The notes under the pieces: model-generated
The model's database searches: none
What the model was told of the DNA's origin: nothing
Seen by the model: the letters and a program-made list of their open reading frames with translations, nothing else
Shown here: positions 24,677 through 33,260 of the stretch, piece by piece
Numbering within the stretch: the first letter of the stretch is position 1
Layout: each line of letters starts with the position of its first letter
Source of the DNA: a virus
Lineage: Duplodnaviria > Heunggongvirae > Uroviricota > Caudoviricetes
Length of the DNA stretch: 64,000 nucleotides
Direction: 5' to 3' (one strand)
IMG/VR virus record: IMGVR_UViG_3300014205_000195
Location: 28,184 to 92,183 of that record
Made by a program: the position numbers and the translations under genes

Positions 24677-24838
24677 GCCTGGTCGTTAGACCCGCCTCCA
24701 GCGCTGCATGGGGGCGGGCTAGCCGGTCCTCGATGGCGTCCGACCTGCGGACTGTCCAAATACCGGCTCATACGATGGTAGGCGCGGGTCTGTGCGCTTA
24801 TTGCCTTGCATACTGCCTCTGCCTCCCATTGTGTTCTC

Positions 24839-24913
24839 TGGCACGGCCTGTAGGATTCGAACCCACATCGTCCGGGTTGGAGCCGGATGTCCTATCCGTT
24901 GAACGAAGTCCGC
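24839..24913 (-). tRNA. tRNA-Trp(CCA)
   Basis: anticodon loop CTCCAAC; AC stem TCCGG/CCGGA; T-loop TTCGAAT; CCA encoded; one acceptor mismatch. Confidence 0.65.
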
Positions 24914-24972
24914 GCGTCCCGTGCCCGCATTCCGTATAGGATTGCACTCACGATGTACCTATATTACCGGGT

Positions 24973-24995
24973 CGGTGCCCGCTTGTAAACCCCCC
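24973..24995 (+). terminator. intrinsic-terminator-like hairpin CCCCCCTCAGGGG followed by ATTTTTT
   Basis: GC stem plus T-run on the plus strand, immediately downstream of the tRNA island and next to the stop of the phosphatase gene; may act bidirectionally. Confidence 0.35.
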
Positions 24996-25436
24996 TCAGG
25001 GGATTTTTTCGACGTACCCCGCGAACGTCCTGTTGAACAGGCAGTCCGGGCTCCGGCGCGCCCTGATGTACTCTACCAGCTCCGGCCCGCGCATCGGCGT
25101 CAGCCGAGCGAGGACCAGGGCGGTCACCAGGGATGAGCGGTTCAGCCCCGCTGCGCAGTGTACCAGGACGCGCGTCCCCGCCCTCACGGCAGCCGCCGTC
25201 CGGTCAGCCACGGCCGCGAGGGCCGCCTCGTCCGGGAGGACGTGGTCGTCGTCGAACTCCCACCTGACCTCAGTGAACGGCTGCAGGTCGCTGGGCACGT
25301 GCCTAATGGGGTCGTCGCCGCAGAGGTTCACGACGTAGCGTATCCCTCTGCGCCACACCTCCATCTCGTCGAACGGCGTGTCGAGCGAGCCGGACTGCCA
25401 CAGCTTGCCGGGGATGATCTCCGACAACATCACCAC
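24996..25436 (-). CDS. dual-specificity / tyrosine protein phosphatase
   Basis: Active-site signature VHCAAGLNRSS (HCxxGxxRS). Confidence 0.8.
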   Translation of the reverse strand: MVMLSEIIPGKLWQSGSLDTPFDEMEVWRRGIRYVVNLCGDDPIRHVPSDLQPFTEVRWEFDDDHVLPDEAALAAVADRTAAAVRAGTRVLVHCAAGLNRSSLVTALVLARLTPMRGPELVEYIRARRSPDCLFNRTFAGYVEKIP

Positions 25437-26647
25437 GCCGACTGCGAGTGGTCGATGCCGTCCTGCCTGCGGTCAGCCAGGAGGTCGACGTCGTCGTCGG
25501 GCACGCCTGCCCCTCCGAGGGGACGCGGCGTCGGGCCGCCGTCGTCGAACGGGAGCGGGCCGCCCAGGTCCGGCGCCTGCTTCCTGTCGCGATGGTAGTG
25601 GTGGCCGGTGCCGCCGCGGGCGTCGCGGTGCTTCTCCTCTGGTGCGCCCCAGCCGTCCTCGGCCGGCGCCCTCTGGTCGCGGAGCTTGCTGCGGAGCCGC
25701 ACGGGGTCGCCCTCGTACTTGACGGGATACTCCTGCCGCTCGCTCTTGGGCCTGAGACTCTGCCGCCTCGGGAACTGCTTCACGGCGGACCCGGCGTCCT
25801 CCTGGTGGTGATGCGCGGTCGAGCCGAACGAGTCTCTGTGCTTCTCCTCCATCGACTTCGCGATGGCCGACGAGGCGGCTATGACGTCGTCGACGTCACC
25901 CTCGCCGTAGGCGAGCGCGAGGCGGCTCGCCGTATCGATGGCCTTCGCCAGGAGCGGCCTGTGGTCGGAGAGGGCGCTCTTCGGCTTCACCGCGGCGCCG
26001 GCATCCTCCGGGTCGAGGAGCTCGTCCGGGGCCTCTATGCCGGGGTCGAGCGCGTCCTTCGGCTTCTCGACGACGGCCGTGTCCCCGTCCCGCGACACGA
26101 CGAAGTCCGCCTGCGACAGCGCTCTGATGATCCGTCTCGACAGCTTCTTGACGCCCGCCTCGTCGACCGCCTCGGCGTCGACGTGGTACGAGCTCCCGTC
26201 GTCGGTGACCACGTACCCGTCCGGCTGCGTCGGCGACGCCGGCGGTATGTCGGCCGCGGCGAGCGCCTCGCGGATCCTCGCCAGCGTGCTCTCACGCACG
26301 TCGTCTACGGCAGCGGTCTGGGCGGTGTCCGGCATCTCGTCCTGCGCCAGCCCTGGGTCGCCGGCCGACGGGTCGTCAGCCTGTCCGTCCCCAAGCCCGC
26401 GCGCCGCGACGTCGTCAGACACGGGCGGCCTGGTGCGGCCGTCCGCCACGTAGAAGCGCCCGCCACGCGGGCCCTCCTGAACGAATATGCCGGCCGGCGG
26501 CTTCTCGTTCTGCCTGAGGTATATGCGCTTGGCCGGCAGCTCCATCCGCCTGTCGGAGTCGGACTCCTTGACGGCGAACGGGTCGGCCGTCCTCATGGTC
26601 GTCCGTCTGCGCGCCGCCCTGCTCTGGTGCTTGCTATCCGGCATCAT
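25430..26647 (-). CDS. hypothetical acidic protein (405 aa) with RGGxFY and KHRD...G(S/T)(A/G)HH repeat motifs
   Basis: ORF track; motifs GPRGGRFYVADGR, EEKHRDSFGSTAHHHQ and EEKHRDARGGTGHHYH. Confidence 0.55.
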   Translation of the reverse strand: MMPDSKHQSRAARRRTTMRTADPFAVKESDSDRRMELPAKRIYLRQNEKPPAGIFVQEGPRGGRFYVADGRTRPPVSDDVAARGLGDGQADDPSAGDPGLAQDEMPDTAQTAAVDDVRESTLARIREALAAADIPPASPTQPDGYVVTDDGSSYHVDAEAVDEAGVKKLSRRIIRALSQADFVVSRDGDTAVVEKPKDALDPGIEAPDELLDPEDAGAAVKPKSALSDHRPLLAKAIDTASRLALAYGEGDVDDVIAASSAIAKSMEEKHRDSFGSTAHHHQEDAGSAVKQFPRRQSLRPKSERQEYPVKYEGDPVRLRSKLRDQRAPAEDGWGAPEEKHRDARGGTGHHYHRDRKQAPDLGGPLPFDDGGPTPRPLGGAGVPDDDVDLLADRRQDGIDHSQSAW

Positions 26648-26885
26648 CGCCTCCCGTGTCTATCATGCTGGCCCGTCGCCTCCACCGCGACCCCGCGCGG
26701 CATCCCGCTCACCCTGGCCACGACGTAGCCGTTGGTGAGCGCCACGGCCATGTCCGCCAGGCTCCGGCCTCGCCTCTTCCCGGCCACCAGCCTCGCCCAT
26801 TGGGGGTCGCCGGCGTACCGGCCGTCATCGTACACCGAACACGCCAGCTTAGGCTGCCCGTCCGTCATCTCATATATGTCCAACT

Positions 26886-27869
26886 TCACCGGAGGCCGCC
26901 GTGCAGCGACGCGAGGACGTCCAGCCTCGCGTCTATTATTGACGCCTTCTCTGACTCGCTCAGCTTCACCTTCCCGACGCCATCGGAGCCGTGCGTGTTC
27001 ACCACGCGGGCGAGCACCGGCGCGAGCTGGTGGCGCTTCGCGAGCACCTCGCCGCAGGCGGCCAACACGTTCCGACGGATGACGTCGTTCCCACGGTAGT
27101 CGTCCGCCTCGACGCTCTCCGGGCTGCCTATCCCGAGCTGCTGCTCGAGCCCCGGCCAGGAGTTTCCCTTCAGGAGCTCCCACACGGACTCCTCGTCCGT
27201 CGGGTCGTCCCACCGTCCGGCGTTGTCTATCGCCCACAGCCTGTCGTTCTCTGGGTCCACGATGAAGTTCGCGCCGTGCCTGTCCCAGTTGCCCAGCATC
27301 AGATCCATGACGACCATGCGGCTGTAGTCCCTGACCATCGCCTCGCTGATCTCGCCGTCGTACATCTGGGCCAGTCTCGCCTTGCCGCCGAACCCGGCGT
27401 CGTCCACCCACCGCAGCGCCATGCCGTCGAACCGTTTCTCCTCCGTCAGCTGGTAGACGCCGGGATGGAGCCCCCACCCCATGATCTCGTCCAGCTGTTG
27501 CCACTGCAGCTCGCCAGCCCTGTCCACCTTGCTGGCCTTGATGAGCATCCTGCTGTCGGATAGGCCGGGGACAGGATCGAACGTCCCAGGCTTAGCGTAC
27601 GCGGTGGCGCACTTCCCGCGGTTCAGCGTGCCCTGCTGATCGGCGCACGTCCACGTGTCGTCAACCTTGACGATGTGACCGAAACCCATCCGACCGCCGC
27701 GAGCCAACGAACGGCCGGAGGCGGCTGGCTGCTGCTCTGCCGGCCTGCCTGCCGAGTCGGCGTCGTAGTAGAGCCCACCGCGCTCGCCCTGACGGACGGT
27801 CGCGCCAGGCGGCGCCGAGCCGGGCCTCCCGGTGACGTAGACTCGTCCCTTCTCGTAGATCTGGGTCAC
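26886..27869 (-). CDS. PI3/PI4-kinase-like atypical protein kinase (327 aa) with N-terminal RGGLYYDAD motif
   Basis: Catalytic-loop-like LGNWDRHGANFIV and metal-binding-like LWAIDNAG (DRHxxN / IDxG). Confidence 0.6.
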   Translation of the reverse strand: MTQIYEKGRVYVTGRPGSAPPGATVRQGERGGLYYDADSAGRPAEQQPAASGRSLARGGRMGFGHIVKVDDTWTCADQQGTLNRGKCATAYAKPGTFDPVPGLSDSRMLIKASKVDRAGELQWQQLDEIMGWGLHPGVYQLTEEKRFDGMALRWVDDAGFGGKARLAQMYDGEISEAMVRDYSRMVVMDLMLGNWDRHGANFIVDPENDRLWAIDNAGRWDDPTDEESVWELLKGNSWPGLEQQLGIGSPESVEADDYRGNDVIRRNVLAACGEVLAKRHQLAPVLARVVNTHGSDGVGKVKLSESEKASIIDARLDVLASLHGGLR

Positions 27870-28072
27870 CGTCGCCGCTGCCTCTCCGCCTCGAAATCTA
27901 TCACATCATGCGCCCGACGGTGGCGGTTCTCAAACCTACCTATCGTCCAACCAGCGAAGGCGCACGCGACGAACCCTGCCGCGAAGGCGGTTCGTGACCC
28001 CAACGGAGCGGCCAGGATGAAGCCGACCACGAGGGTCGCAGTCCCGATGACCGGCGCCAGCTTGTTGCCCAT
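27866..28072 (-). CDS. small membrane protein (68 aa)
   Basis: Two hydrophobic segments; TATAAT 6 nt upstream of the ATG suggests a leaderless transcript. Confidence 0.45.
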   Translation of the reverse strand: MGNKLAPVIGTATLVVGFILAAPLGSRTAFAAGFVACAFAGWTIGRFENRHRRAHDVIDFEAERQRRR

Positions 28073-28075
28073 GCT

Positions 28076-28100
28076 GTAATTATAACGTATCTAACGCCGC
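28076..28100 (-). promoter_or_regulatory. candidate leaderless promoter: -10 TATAAT ending 6 nt before ATG 28072, preceded by GTTAGATA motif
   Basis: minus-strand reading GGCGTTAGATACGTTATAATTACAGC-ATG. Confidence 0.3.
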
Positions 28101-28273
28101 TCGCGAGCCCGCCTGGCGACGGCGCCCACGACGTCCTCGTTCACGCCGCCGTTCCCGACCCTCACTCCGACGGACAGCCTGACGAACCATAGCCCGAACA
28201 CGACGGCGCCGGGCATGGTGACCATGCCGAGCACCCTCCCGGCGAAATCCGGCCTGAAGAGCCTACGCCTCAC
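28091..28273 (-). CDS. small hydrophobic protein (60 aa)
   Basis: ORF track; one TM-like segment. Confidence 0.3.
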   Translation of the reverse strand: MRRRLFRPDFAGRVLGMVTMPGAVVFGLWFVRLSVGVRVGNGGVNEDVVGAVARRARERR

Positions 28274-28285
28274 GTCCCCCTCCGA

Positions 28286-28714
28286 TCAGGCGACGAGCGC
28301 CGCCGCCACGGCCACCGCGATGCCGACGTGGAGCGCCTGGTCGATCTTGTAACTGATGAGACCGCCTATCCGGCAGACGTCGATGGCGAAGTGGGTGACA
28401 CCGATCGCCGCACCGGCCAGCAGCGGGTCGTAGGAGCCGGCGCCCATGAGGCTGGCCGCGATGGCTGCGCACCCGCCGTGCATGAAGGCGTGGGCCGTCA
28501 GCAGCCACCCGGCATCGAACGGTCCGAACCCCCACGTCAGCACCTTGGGGCGCTTCGGCCACACGGCCGTCATGCCATCCGACAGTTCGGCGTCATTGAG
28601 CCTCACGTACGCCTTGAGCTTGCCCTTCGTGTTCGACATGTAATCGCCCTGGAGCGGGTAGTCGGCCAGGAAGTGGGCGAACACCATGGCCAGCGCGCAA
28701 CTGATAATGTGCAA
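28286..28714 (-). CDS. integral membrane protein (142 aa)
   Basis: Several hydrophobic helices; FLADYPLQGDY motif. Confidence 0.5.
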   Translation of the reverse strand: MHIISCALAMVFAHFLADYPLQGDYMSNTKGKLKAYVRLNDAELSDGMTAVWPKRPKVLTWGFGPFDAGWLLTAHAFMHGGCAAIAASLMGAGSYDPLLAGAAIGVTHFAIDVCRIGGLISYKIDQALHVGIAVAVAAALVA

Positions 28715-28717
28715 GGA

Positions 28718-30127
28718 TCACCCCTGGAGGTAGATCGGGTAGACGGACTCTACCTTGTGCTTCTCTGACACGACGTACACGGTCTGCACCGGCCGGGACG
28801 ACCTCCCGTACGCCTTAGTGTACCAGAGCGACCCGCCGTCTGCCGTCCCGTTCTGGATGACGACGACGCCGCTGACGTCCATCATGAGGAACGAGTGCCG
28901 GTGCGCCGTCAGGAAGACGTCAGGCCTGCAGCCGAAGATGTCCGACAGGACCCAGCTCGGGAGGAGCTGCTCTAGCTTCGCGACCGGCCCGTTCCACTGG
29001 TCGCCGTGGATGGCCACGTTCCTGTGCCCGAGCACGTCGAACCTCGCCCACCACTCGTCCTCGATCTCCCACCGCACGTTCGGCTGGAGCGCAGCCTTGT
29101 CCTTGGCCCACTCTGCCACGAGCGTATCGAAGTTGTCCTCAGGGTCGCTGAAGTCGTTCTTCCCGTTCGGCCGGCCGTGGTTGCCGGGGACGGACACGAC
29201 GACGACCTCAGGGGCCACCTCCGCCATCTTCAGGGCGAGGGTCGCCTCCAGGTGGGCCGCCAGCTGTATCTGACGGATGAGCCTGTGCGTGTTGCCGGAC
29301 CTGTCGAGGCCGGTGACGTTCTGGCCTCCGTAGATGAAGCAGCCCTCTATCATGTCGCCGTCGTAGACCACCCATATGCGCTCAACCGGGTGCCCAGACG
29401 CCCGCAGGTGCTCGACTATGGCGGTGACCGCCTCGATTATCCTGGGGAACCTGTGCTCCACGAACTCGCGGACGCCTATACCGTTCTCCAGCTTCCCTAT
29501 CTGCCAGTCTGAGCAGAACAGGACTACCTCGCGCGGCTTCCCGCCGCGGCCGCCGGCGCCGTCAGGCTCGCGCACCCTCGGTATGCGCACGGACGGGTTC
29601 GCCTTGCTGATGGACGCCAGCTCGTACTTGAGGAAATCGCGGAGCGACGTCAGCTGCTGGACCCGCCGCTGGAGTGTGTTCTTCTGCCCGAACGCGCGTG
29701 CGACCATCTCCGGCCCTGACGCGTTGGGCCACATGGAGCCCTCCTCGCGAAGGATCTCCTCCTTGGTCCACAGGTCCTCTGACCGCCTGCAGTCAGCGTG
29801 ATGGTACCAGTGATTGTCGTTCACCGGGGTGAACCGTTCGATGCAGAACTTGTTCATGCACCGCCGCTTCACCGGCGGTACGGAGTCCTCCAGGTCGTCC
29901 AGTGCCTCGTACGAGGAGACTACGTCCAGCTCAGCCGTCCGCCTCACGTGTATGCCGTAATTCCTCCGCAGCAGGTCGTACACGCACTGCTGAGAAGCCA
30001 CGACGCCGAACTCGTCGGCGACCGCCTTGGACAGCGCCGCCGCCGACTTCGTCCCGCCTGCCGCCGACACCAGGAACTCCCTGATGTCAGACTTCAGGTC
30101 CTGGTCACAATCGCGGTATGGTGTCAC
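28718..30127 (-). CDS. calcineurin-like metallophosphoesterase with N-terminal Cys/His zinc-finger-like region (469 aa)
   Basis: Metallophosphatase motifs (…DWQIGK…, VYDGDMIEG, …PGNHGRP…). Confidence 0.7.
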   Translation of the reverse strand: MTPYRDCDQDLKSDIREFLVSAAGGTKSAAALSKAVADEFGVVASQQCVYDLLRRNYGIHVRRTAELDVVSSYEALDDLEDSVPPVKRRCMNKFCIERFTPVNDNHWYHHADCRRSEDLWTKEEILREEGSMWPNASGPEMVARAFGQKNTLQRRVQQLTSLRDFLKYELASISKANPSVRIPRVREPDGAGGRGGKPREVVLFCSDWQIGKLENGIGVREFVEHRFPRIIEAVTAIVEHLRASGHPVERIWVVYDGDMIEGCFIYGGQNVTGLDRSGNTHRLIRQIQLAAHLEATLALKMAEVAPEVVVVSVPGNHGRPNGKNDFSDPEDNFDTLVAEWAKDKAALQPNVRWEIEDEWWARFDVLGHRNVAIHGDQWNGPVAKLEQLLPSWVLSDIFGCRPDVFLTAHRHSFLMMDVSGVVVIQNGTADGGSLWYTKAYGRSSRPVQTVYVVSEKHKVESVYPIYLQG

Positions 30128-30132
30128 CGCGG

Positions 30133-30420
30133 CTACGCCAGCTTCGACGTAAGGTCTATGACCTCCTGGACGGCCTTCGAGAGCGTCTTCGTGCCGAGGG
30201 ACTTCCTGGCCGCGCTCTCGACGTCGGAGACGCTCATCCCGCCGTCGCCAGATTCCGTGCGGGAGTTGGGTCCTCCCGTCACCTTGTCGCCTGAGTCCAG
30301 CACGCCGTCTGTGTCGGTCTTGGCGTCCTCTATCGGGTCGTCCGTCGGCTCTATCGCCTTCTGAGCGACGCTCGAGAAGGTCATGGCGCTTGACAGCTGC
30401 CTGGTCATATTCGGCTTCAC
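30133..30420 (-). CDS. hypothetical protein (95 aa)
   Basis: ORF track. Confidence 0.4.
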   Translation of the reverse strand: MKPNMTRQLSSAMTFSSVAQKAIEPTDDPIEDAKTDTDGVLDSGDKVTGGPNSRTESGDGGMSVSDVESAARKSLGTKTLSKAVQEVIDLTSKLA

Positions 30421-30478
30421 CTCGACGCTTATTGTCTCCCCGTCCAGCCGACGGCGAAACCTGGCCGAGCCGCCGTCG

Positions 30479-30919
30479 CTATGCCACGTCGCCAGCCTGG
30501 CCGCTGTTGAACGTCTTCAGCGACTCCCGCATCTCCGGCCCGCACTCTGTGTCTGCGTCCGCCGTCGGCGTCTCATCGTGCATCGCCTTCCATGCCCTGA
30601 ACGACTTCATCAGGATGTTCTTCCCTATAGGAAGGCCGGACGTGTCCTTGGCCGCCTGGGGGACGACGTAGTCCACGAGCATGAGGAAGTGCGCCGTCAT
30701 CGGCAGCGCCACGTCCGAGAACCCGTCATCGGCGCAGTTCACGATGGCCTCGGCGATGAGCCTATTGAACTCCAGGCTGGTGGCCGGATGCTGCCACCGA
30801 CTCTGGTCCTGGCTCTCGTGACGCACGACGCCCTGGAGGAGCCACAGCTCGTCCAGCGTGAAGATGACGGGGACAACCTTGCCGGCCACCATGGGAGCCT
30901 CCACCGGTCCAATTACCAT
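30479..30919 (-). CDS. hypothetical protein (146 aa)
   Basis: ORF track; protein-like. Confidence 0.45.
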   Translation of the reverse strand: MVIGPVEAPMVAGKVVPVIFTLDELWLLQGVVRHESQDQSRWQHPATSLEFNRLIAEAIVNCADDGFSDVALPMTAHFLMLVDYVVPQAAKDTSGLPIGKNILMKSFRAWKAMHDETPTADADTECGPEMRESLKTFNSGQAGDVA

Positions 30920-30983
30920 TGTGGGGGCTTCTGCGTGGTTGCAGGGCCCCCATGCTGCGGTGAATGTACCGGCTACAGTCCGA

Positions 30984-33176
30984 TCAGCCGCACTTTGAGT
31001 ACGTGCAGTTCGGGCATATGGCGCACCCCTCGGCCCGCCTCAGGCTGGACCCGCACGACGGGCACACGTCGCCGTTCCTGGCGAACTCCCTGACGTTATC
31101 GTACTGGACCGACGCCGCGGTGCTGCCGCCGAAGTGCTGGTTGGCCTTCCGACCGACGTAATCGACGAGGCTCGTGGCGAACGGTATCTGCCGGTTGCCA
31201 GTCGGCCCGGCCGGCTCGAACGATATCCCGGTCCACTTGTCGGCGAGGTCGAAAATCGGGCAGCCCCACTGGAGGGCGAACGACGTGACCATGCTGAAGG
31301 CGTCGGCCAACCCGTTCACCGTCGAGCCCTGCTTGCTGATGTTCAGGAACATCTCGCCTGGCGTCCCATCATCATACAGGCCGAACGTGAGGTAGCCCTC
31401 GACCCCGTCGATGTTGAACTTGTGCGTAAACGCCTGCCTGTCGTCGGGCAGCCTGCGCCTCGACTGCCTCGGCTGGTCGACCACGACCTGCTCGATGACC
31501 TCATCGTCGGCCTGCGAGGCCGCCGTGTAGAGCGCCTGCTCGCTGCGACTACCGTCCCGGTACACGGAAAGCGACTTGAGGTTGTGCTTGTAGGCCAGCC
31601 TGTAGAGGCGGTCCACGTCGTCCCGCGTCGCACTGTTCGGCAGATTCGCCGTCTTCGAGATGCTCGAGTCGTTCGACGCCTGAGCGGCGGCCTGCATGAG
31701 GACGTGCTCCTCCGGCGTCACGTCCATGGACGTGACGAGGTGGGCCGGCCTGGTCTCGACGGCGTCGTACTCGTCAGACCAGTCGGACTTGACCCAGTAC
31801 TCGCCGATCCTGTCCTTGCGAAAGTACTTGAAGTCGAAGTACGGCTCTATGCCGGAGTTGACACCGGCCATCAAGGCGATGGTCCCTGTCGGCGCCTGGG
31901 TCAGCAGGTAGCAGTTGCGGATGCCGTGCTGCCGTATGGCCGCCCGGACGTCTGACGGCAGCCTCTTGATGAACGGGCGCTTCAGGTACTCGTCGGCGAC
32001 GTACTCGGGGAACGGCCCACGCTCAGCGGCGAGCGCGGCGCTCGCCCTGTAGGCGGAGTCACGGAGCGACCGGCACACACGCTCGGTGAACTCGATGGCC
32101 TCAGGCGACCCGTAGCGCAGCCTCATGTCGAGGAGGGCGTCCGCCAGTCCCATGACGCCTATGCCCATGCGGCGGATGCGCCTCTGGCTGTCGCGGCACT
32201 CCTCCAGCGGGTAGCTCGACAGGTCGATGACGTTGTCCTGGAACCTAACGGCGACCGGCACCCACCTCTCGAACTCGTCGAAGTCGAAGTGGGCCGCGCC
32301 GTCGCCGTCCCTGCGGACGAACGCCCTGAGGTTGAAGCTGCCGAGCAGGCAGGCGCCGTACGGGCCGAGCGGCTGCTCGCCGCACGGGTTGGTCGAGATG
32401 AGCTCCTCGAAGTAGCCGGAGTTGGCCTCCTTGTTGGCCCTCTCCATGAAGTAGATGCCAGGCTCCGCCGACCTCCACGCCGCGTCGATGATCTCGTCCC
32501 ATATCTGCCGCGCCTTCACGGTCCTGTACACGCGGCCGCCCCACTTCAGGTCCCAGTCGCCGTTCACCTCGACGGCGGCCATGAACGCGTCGCTGATGCA
32601 CACGCTCATGTTGCATCCCTCGAGCCGGCCCGGCTTCTCCTTCGCGTGGATGAACTCGAAGATGTCCGGGTGGTCGTCGTTCATCATGATCATCGCGGCG
32701 CCGCGGCGGCTGCCGCCCTGTATCACGATGTCGTGCGACACGTACGCGAACAGCTGCGCCCACGTCACCGGACCGGAGCTCGTGCCGTTCACGCCGTGGA
32801 CGCGGTCGCCGGACGGCCTGAGCGACGATATGTTCACGCCGACGCCGCCGCCCTTCGACTGTATCTCGACCCACTCCATCAGCGACTTGCCGACTATGCC
32901 GGCACGGCTGTCCTCCGGACACGGTATGACGTAGCAGTTCTGGGCGGTCTCGCCTGAGTCGGTGCCGATGGCCCGCATGATCCTACCGCCGGGTACGAAC
33001 TTGAACCCCTCCAGGAGCCCGAAGTACTCCTGGACCCTCGCCGGGTCGTCGCCGTCCAGCGTCGCGACCGCCTTGGCAAGCCTCATCCACGCCTGGTGCG
33101 GGTACTGCTCGCCGTCGTGTGAGTACCGGTCCCTGAACGTGACGAGCGAAATCTCCGAATAGTCTGCCTCGGCCAC
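30984..33176 (-). CDS. nrdJ: class II (adenosylcobalamin-dependent) ribonucleotide reductase
   Basis: 730 aa; signature TNPCGEQPLGPYGACLLGSFNL and the overall motif set of NrdJ. Confidence 0.9.
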   Translation of the reverse strand: MAEADYSEISLVTFRDRYSHDGEQYPHQAWMRLAKAVATLDGDDPARVQEYFGLLEGFKFVPGGRIMRAIGTDSGETAQNCYVIPCPEDSRAGIVGKSLMEWVEIQSKGGGVGVNISSLRPSGDRVHGVNGTSSGPVTWAQLFAYVSHDIVIQGGSRRGAAMIMMNDDHPDIFEFIHAKEKPGRLEGCNMSVCISDAFMAAVEVNGDWDLKWGGRVYRTVKARQIWDEIIDAAWRSAEPGIYFMERANKEANSGYFEELISTNPCGEQPLGPYGACLLGSFNLRAFVRRDGDGAAHFDFDEFERWVPVAVRFQDNVIDLSSYPLEECRDSQRRIRRMGIGVMGLADALLDMRLRYGSPEAIEFTERVCRSLRDSAYRASAALAAERGPFPEYVADEYLKRPFIKRLPSDVRAAIRQHGIRNCYLLTQAPTGTIALMAGVNSGIEPYFDFKYFRKDRIGEYWVKSDWSDEYDAVETRPAHLVTSMDVTPEEHVLMQAAAQASNDSSISKTANLPNSATRDDVDRLYRLAYKHNLKSLSVYRDGSRSEQALYTAASQADDEVIEQVVVDQPRQSRRRLPDDRQAFTHKFNIDGVEGYLTFGLYDDGTPGEMFLNISKQGSTVNGLADAFSMVTSFALQWGCPIFDLADKWTGISFEPAGPTGNRQIPFATSLVDYVGRKANQHFGGSTAASVQYDNVREFARNGDVCPSCGSSLRRAEGCAICPNCTYSKCG

Positions 33177-33260
33177 CTGGCCCCCTTTTCACTATGCAAA
33201 AGATGGGTATGGGCCAGACAGACGGTCTGGCCCGATGGAGAAAATCGCTGTGGCTGCGCG

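Noticed and set aside
26644-27504. 286-aa Arg-rich minus ORF overlapping the kinase gene
   Set aside because: Extreme Arg/Gly content; it overlaps a motif-supported gene in another frame.
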